Shown in pieces: positions 60,363-64,000 of a stretch of DNA of 64,000 bases. The DNA is from an uncultured Alphaproteobacteria bacterium. GTDB taxonomy: Bacteria > Pseudomonadota > Alphaproteobacteria > JAPULJ01. The first letter of the stretch is position 1. Each line of letters starts with the position of its first letter. A program made the position numbers and the translations under genes. Location of the stretch: contig CAZBRE010000004.1 in NCBI GenBank assembly GCA_964494065.1, forward strand, positions 911-64,910. Direction: 5' to 3'. The notes under the pieces were generated by a model, which saw only the letters and a list, made by a program, of their open reading frames with translations, did not search any database and was not told the DNA's origin.

Positions 60363-60505
60363 GGATAGTCTATCCGGTCGGCTGGGTAGGCTGGCGGGAC
60401 TAGACGGGCGCGTACAAAACACGCGTTCTCGATAGATAGGTCGGCCTTTCGGGTGCCGCCAGCGTTGGATACGCTCGCACGAGCAGATAAGCGACGGACA
60501 AGGGC

Positions 60506-60973
60506 ATGCCAAATGACAAGCTGGTGATCGACGGCCTGGACGGGTTCCGAGCCCTGGTGGGGAAAACGGTCGGGCCCTCGGATCCGGTCGAGGTGACGCG
60601 CGAGCGCATCGAGCATTTCTGCCGCGCCGTCGACAACGACGAGTGGACCCATTGGGACTTGGAGCGCGCCGAGGCCTCGCGCTTCGGCACGCTGATCGCG
60701 CCGGCCATGTTCACCGCCGCCTACTTCCCGCGGCTCCAGTTCGACATGATCGAGATCCGCAACGTGCCCACCTTCCTGATCCAGGGGGCGGAGGGCATCC
60801 GGCTCTTCTCGCCGCTCAAATGCGGCGAGCGCTTCATCATGAGCTTCACCATCGCGGCGGTCGAGGAGCGCGCGAACGGCATCGCGGTCCGCTACGACGC
60901 GCGCTTTTCCCGCCCCGGCGAGGACGAGCCCTTCGCGCTGGCGAGCTTCATCATCCGGTACCTGGAGGATTAG
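60506..60973 (+). CDS. MaoC-like (hotdog) dehydratase N-terminal-domain protein
   Basis: 155-aa hotdog-fold protein with a FAS1-like dehydratase pattern. Confidence 0.65.
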   Translation: MPNDKLVIDGLDGFRALVGKTVGPSDPVEVTRERIEHFCRAVDNDEWTHWDLERAEASRFGTLIAPAMFTAAYFPRLQFDMIEIRNVPTFLIQGAEGIRLFSPLKCGERFIMSFTIAAVEERANGIAVRYDARFSRPGEDEPFALASFIIRYLED

Positions 60974-61150
60974 CGCCGGGCCGCGCCGCCCGAATGCCCC
61001 CCATGCAATCAGTTTTTACGATCATGGTGGTTTTTCACTGACCGCGCGGTTAATATATAATAGAGGCATCCGAGGGTGGCCGGATTGGCATGGACCGGCG
61101 CCCCGCGCGGCTCGATTGGACGCCGCGCCAGACAGCCAGGGACGGAAACG

Positions 61151-62125
61151 ATGGCAGAAACTGCGGTTGAAAGCGCCGAAGCGGCCGGCGACGTCGAAGC
61201 GGTCAAGAGCGCGACCATGGCCAAGATCCAGGCCGGCGAGCTGATCGAGGACCTTGAAGAGGTCTTTCCCGATTATCGCAACGCGCTGGTGCAGACGCTG
61301 ACGATCGCCGCGCAATCGGAGGTCACGGTGCTGACCTGGGCCTACACGGCCTACCGCACCTGCCCCGATATCGGCGCCAAGGTCGCGGTCTCGGCAACGA
61401 TCCAGGACGAGGTCGGCCACGCGCACCAACAGGGCATGCTGCTCGAGCGCTTCGGCGTCTCGATGCGGGAGAAGACGTTCGACATCGCGCCGGAGACGAT
61501 CAAGACGCTGATGATCATGCAGTTCGAGCTCAAGAACTATTTCGAGTTCCTGGTCTCGCAGTGCTTCCTCGACCGCGCCGGCCGCATCACCACGCGCGAC
61601 GTTGAGCTCAACTGCTCCTTTGCGCCCTATCGCCGCTCGCTGCGCAAGATCAACTTCGAGGAGCAGTTCCATGTCGGCCACGGCGAGCAGTGGGTGAAGT
61701 TCTACGCCGAGTACTCGCCGGAGACCCGCGCGGCGGTGCAGAAGGCGCTCGACTGGATGTTCCCCCACGGCGTCACCTGGTTCGGCCTGCCCGACCGCCT
61801 GAAGCACCGAAAGGGCCAGCTCGACTTCAAGGTGCGCGGCTGGTCGAACGATACGATGCGCGAGATGTGGCTGCAGTCGGCGTGCAAGTTCGCCGCCGAG
61901 GTGGGGCTCGACGTGCCGGCGCATTACGACGAGGAGCAGGGCAAGTACGTGCTCGACTGCCCCTTTCCGATGATGTGCGACGTCGAGAAGCGCGAGTGGA
62001 TCTGGGAAGAGGCCGACTGGAAGGACACGATCAACCAGCTCAAATACGACGGACCGATGAACCCTTACGCGCATGCGCGGCTGCAAAGCGAGGTCTGGGG
62101 GGACGAGTTGTGGAAGGAGGACTGA
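61151..62125 (+). CDS. PaaA-like ferritin-fold diiron oxygenase subunit (aryl-CoA epoxidase alpha-like)
   Basis: Aligns with E. coli PaaA across the diiron helices (FPDYRNALVQ...IQDEVGHAHQQG vs MPDAYRKTLI...VQDEAGHGLYLY). Confidence 0.75.
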   Translation: MAETAVESAEAAGDVEAVKSATMAKIQAGELIEDLEEVFPDYRNALVQTLTIAAQSEVTVLTWAYTAYRTCPDIGAKVAVSATIQDEVGHAHQQGMLLERFGVSMREKTFDIAPETIKTLMIMQFELKNYFEFLVSQCFLDRAGRITTRDVELNCSFAPYRRSLRKINFEEQFHVGHGEQWVKFYAEYSPETRAAVQKALDWMFPHGVTWFGLPDRLKHRKGQLDFKVRGWSNDTMREMWLQSACKFAAEVGLDVPAHYDEEQGKYVLDCPFPMMCDVEKREWIWEEADWKDTINQLKYDGPMNPYAHARLQSEVWGDELWKED

Positions 62126-62430
62126 CCGCCGCCGTCCGCGAGGCGCTCGCCCTCGTCAAGGACCCGCATATGGATGTGGGGCTGAGCGATATGGGCATGC
62201 TGCGCGAGGTGACCGTCAGCGCGCAAGGCGCGGTGACGGTGGCGATCGTCTATCCCTGCATGGGTTGCCCCGCCTACGAGATGATCCAGTGGGACATCAA
62301 GAAGCGGGTCGGCGCGATCGAGGGGGTGACGGGGGTCAAGGTGAAGATCGCCTGGGGCGAGAAATGGCAGAAGTCCGACATCGCCCCCTGCGCCCGCGAG
62401 CATGTGAAGGATTACGGGTTCCAGATCTAG
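62110..62430 (+). CDS. DUF59 / PaaD N-terminal-domain-like small protein
   Basis: VKDPHMDVGLSDMGML...YPCMGCPAYEMI matches the PaaD N-domain (DPEIPVLTITDLGMV...TYSGCPATEHL). Start uncertain: GTG 62110 after a GGGGGA RBS, or ATG 62170. Confidence 0.55.
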   Translation: MEGGLTAAVREALALVKDPHMDVGLSDMGMLREVTVSAQGAVTVAIVYPCMGCPAYEMIQWDIKKRVGAIEGVTGVKVKIAWGEKWQKSDIAPCAREHVKDYGFQI

Positions 62431-62685
62431 GTGGGAGGCCAGGAAGTGAGCGAACGCGTCCTCGAGCCCGATACAGAGCTTTACGAGGTCTTCGGCCGGC
62501 ACCGCATCGACGGGCGGCTGGAGCATCTGGGCACGCTGAGCGCGCCAAACCGCGATCTCGCATTGGCGCGGGCCCGGCTCATCTACTCCGAGCGCGAATG
62601 GATCGAGATGACGATGGCGCCGGCCGATGCCTTCGAGCGGGTCATCGGCCGGCCCGATCCGGGCTCGGCGGTGGGCTTCGCATGA
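62431..62685 (+). CDS. PaaB-like small subunit
   Basis: LYEVFGRHRIDGRLEHLGTLSA...ALARARLIYSEREW aligns with E. coli PaaB (LYEVFVRSKQGLSHRHVGSLHA...ALENARDAYTRRSE). GTG start at 62431 or 62446. Confidence 0.6.
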   Translation: MGGQEVSERVLEPDTELYEVFGRHRIDGRLEHLGTLSAPNRDLALARARLIYSEREWIEMTMAPADAFERVIGRPDPGSAVGFA

Positions 62686-62906
62686 TGGGTGACGCCAAGA
62701 CTAGAGCCGCGAAGGACCGGGAGGCCGACAAGCCCACCCAAGTCAGGTCAGATGGCGTCTTCCGCGACAAGTACGACATGACGGTCGAATGCCCGTGGTG
62801 CGGCTCGACCGACAACACGGTCCACAATCCCTTCGGCGGCACCGTCTCGGAGATCGCTTTCGAATGCGCGAGCTGCGGCAACCCGTTCGGCTGGATGAAA
62901 TGGTAG
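62682..62906 (+). CDS. Zinc-ribbon small protein, PaaD C-terminal-domain-like
   Basis: ECPWCGSTDN...FGGTVSEIAFECASCGNPFGWMKW parallels the PaaD C-terminus (CPRCGSTDT...FGSTACKALYRCDSCREPFDYFKC). Confidence 0.55.
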   Translation: MMGDAKTRAAKDREADKPTQVRSDGVFRDKYDMTVECPWCGSTDNTVHNPFGGTVSEIAFECASCGNPFGWMKW

Positions 62907-62934
62907 CGGCGGAGAAGAGACGAGGGAGCGCGCG

Positions 62935-63786
62935 ATGGATCTGACCCCTGACGTCAAACAGGCGCTGCGCGACGAGCTCGTCACCATCGCCGACTGCAAA
63001 TGGGTGCTGGGCCACTGGTACATCAAGGTGATGCGGAACGGCCGCGGGCTGCAGGACTTCACGTCCATGGCGGCGATGGCGCAGGATGTGCTCGGCCATA
63101 CGCGGGCGCTCTTCAAGTTCCTGGAGGACGTGTTCGACGAGCCCGAGGGCGCGCTCGAATTCGGCCGCGGCAAGGACGAGCTGCACGCGATGAGCCTGCT
63201 CGACGCAGCACCCGAAAGCTGGGGCGACTATGTCGGCACCGTCTTCATGGCCGAGGCCGCGATCGCCGAGCTCGTCGAAACGCTGAAGGGCGGCGCCTTC
63301 GAGATCGCCCAGCCGTTGCTCGAGCAGATCGCGGTGGAGAGCGAGTTCCACCTCCTTTGCGCCAGCGGCTGGCTCAAGAGCTTCAGCGAGGCGGACCGCG
63401 ACGGCCTCAAGGCCGCGCTGCCGGGCCGCATGAAGCAGACCGTCGCCTGGTTCGGCCATGACGCCGAGGCGGCGGACGACGTATTGCTCAAGGAGGGCAT
63501 CCGCACGAAGAGCGTCGCGGAGGCGCGCGCCTCCTTCATCGATAGCGCGCTGCCCAAGCTCGCGGCGGATGCGGGGCTCGATGCCTCGGCGGTCGCGGGC
63601 GCCGGCGAGGCCCGTCCGGGTCCGAGCTGGGATCCGGTGCTACGGCGCGAGCGCGACCACGTCTTCTCCCCCGACATGTGGGAATTCATGGTGCCGACCA
63701 ACGAGGACGCCGTCCTTGCGCGCCGCCCGCTGGCGATCAGCGTCGGCGACAATGTCGGGCCGGTCGCGGTGAAGGCGGGGCGGTAG
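62935..63786 (+). CDS. PaaC-like ferritin-fold subunit
   Basis: N-terminal pattern ALRDELVTIADCKWVLGHW...DVLGHTRALFKFL resembles PaaC (TLRLGDNCLVLSQRLGEW...DLLGQARNFLSYA). Confidence 0.6.
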   Translation: MDLTPDVKQALRDELVTIADCKWVLGHWYIKVMRNGRGLQDFTSMAAMAQDVLGHTRALFKFLEDVFDEPEGALEFGRGKDELHAMSLLDAAPESWGDYVGTVFMAEAAIAELVETLKGGAFEIAQPLLEQIAVESEFHLLCASGWLKSFSEADRDGLKAALPGRMKQTVAWFGHDAEAADDVLLKEGIRTKSVAEARASFIDSALPKLAADAGLDASAVAGAGEARPGPSWDPVLRRERDHVFSPDMWEFMVPTNEDAVLARRPLAISVGDNVGPVAVKAGR

Positions 63787-64000
63787 GGCAAGCATGTGCT
63801 TTCAGTCGATCACTTACTTAATCAGCAATCGAGATTGCATTACCCAAAAGTTCATATAATCACTTACAGTTGAAAAAAGCGCTAGATTGAGCTCATAAAT
63901 AGACTGAGTAGCAGCAGCCGCTCACACGTGCTTTACGTAGCGTGGGTGCCGATATTGCCGGCTGTTCGACCGATTGCCGCAATTGGTACGGTGTTTCGGT

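Overview
High-GC window (estimated about 65-68% GC), probably from an alphaproteobacterial chromosome; the taxonomic call rests on gene content and order (dapF-mtaB-ftsY, ffh-rpsP-rimM-trmD-rplS) and is inference. The first ~23 kb is housekeeping core. It holds leuC, the ffh-rpsP-rimM-trmD-rplS operon, an orphan membrane histidine kinase, dapF-mtaB-ftsY, a degenerate-GGDEF/EAL protein, yciB, two tandem PaaI thioesterases, a DUF2336-like protein, pgk, and a TolC / TIGR03032-like pair. A ~0.5 kb AT-rich non-coding island (23074-23568) separates this from a ~40 kb accessory block. That block is dominated by CoA-dependent catabolic genes, apparently for aromatic or hydroxycinnamate-type compounds: two paralogous feruloyl-CoA-synthetase-like ligases (one with a cytochrome P450), a TetR-controlled beta-oxidation operon (thiolase, FadN-type dehydrogenase/hydratase, large acyl-CoA dehydrogenase), an IorAB-type molybdenum hydroxylase, a LemA-DUF2207 module with a truncated DUF2207 paralog, a secreted alpha/beta hydrolase and a tannase/feruloyl-esterase, a CpxRA-like two-component system facing two LTXXQ (Spy/CpxP-family) genes, FadD, a penicillin/AHL-acylase-family lipoprotein and a MaoC dehydratase. 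The window ends with an atypical PaaABC(D)-like diiron oxygenase cluster in which PaaD is split into two genes interleaved with paaB (order A, D-N, B, D-C, C). No reductase gene is visible before the window ends in AT-rich DNA. Three families of short palindromic repeats are present: a 29-31 nt GC hairpin at three gene ends, a ~85-nt composite of two GNRA/UUUC-capped hairpins in three copies around the ligase paralogs, and one ~136-nt nested inverted repeat. I found no rRNA, tRNA, CRISPR array, transposase or integrase. Many long ORFs in the six-frame track are antisense artefacts of high GC and were rejected.
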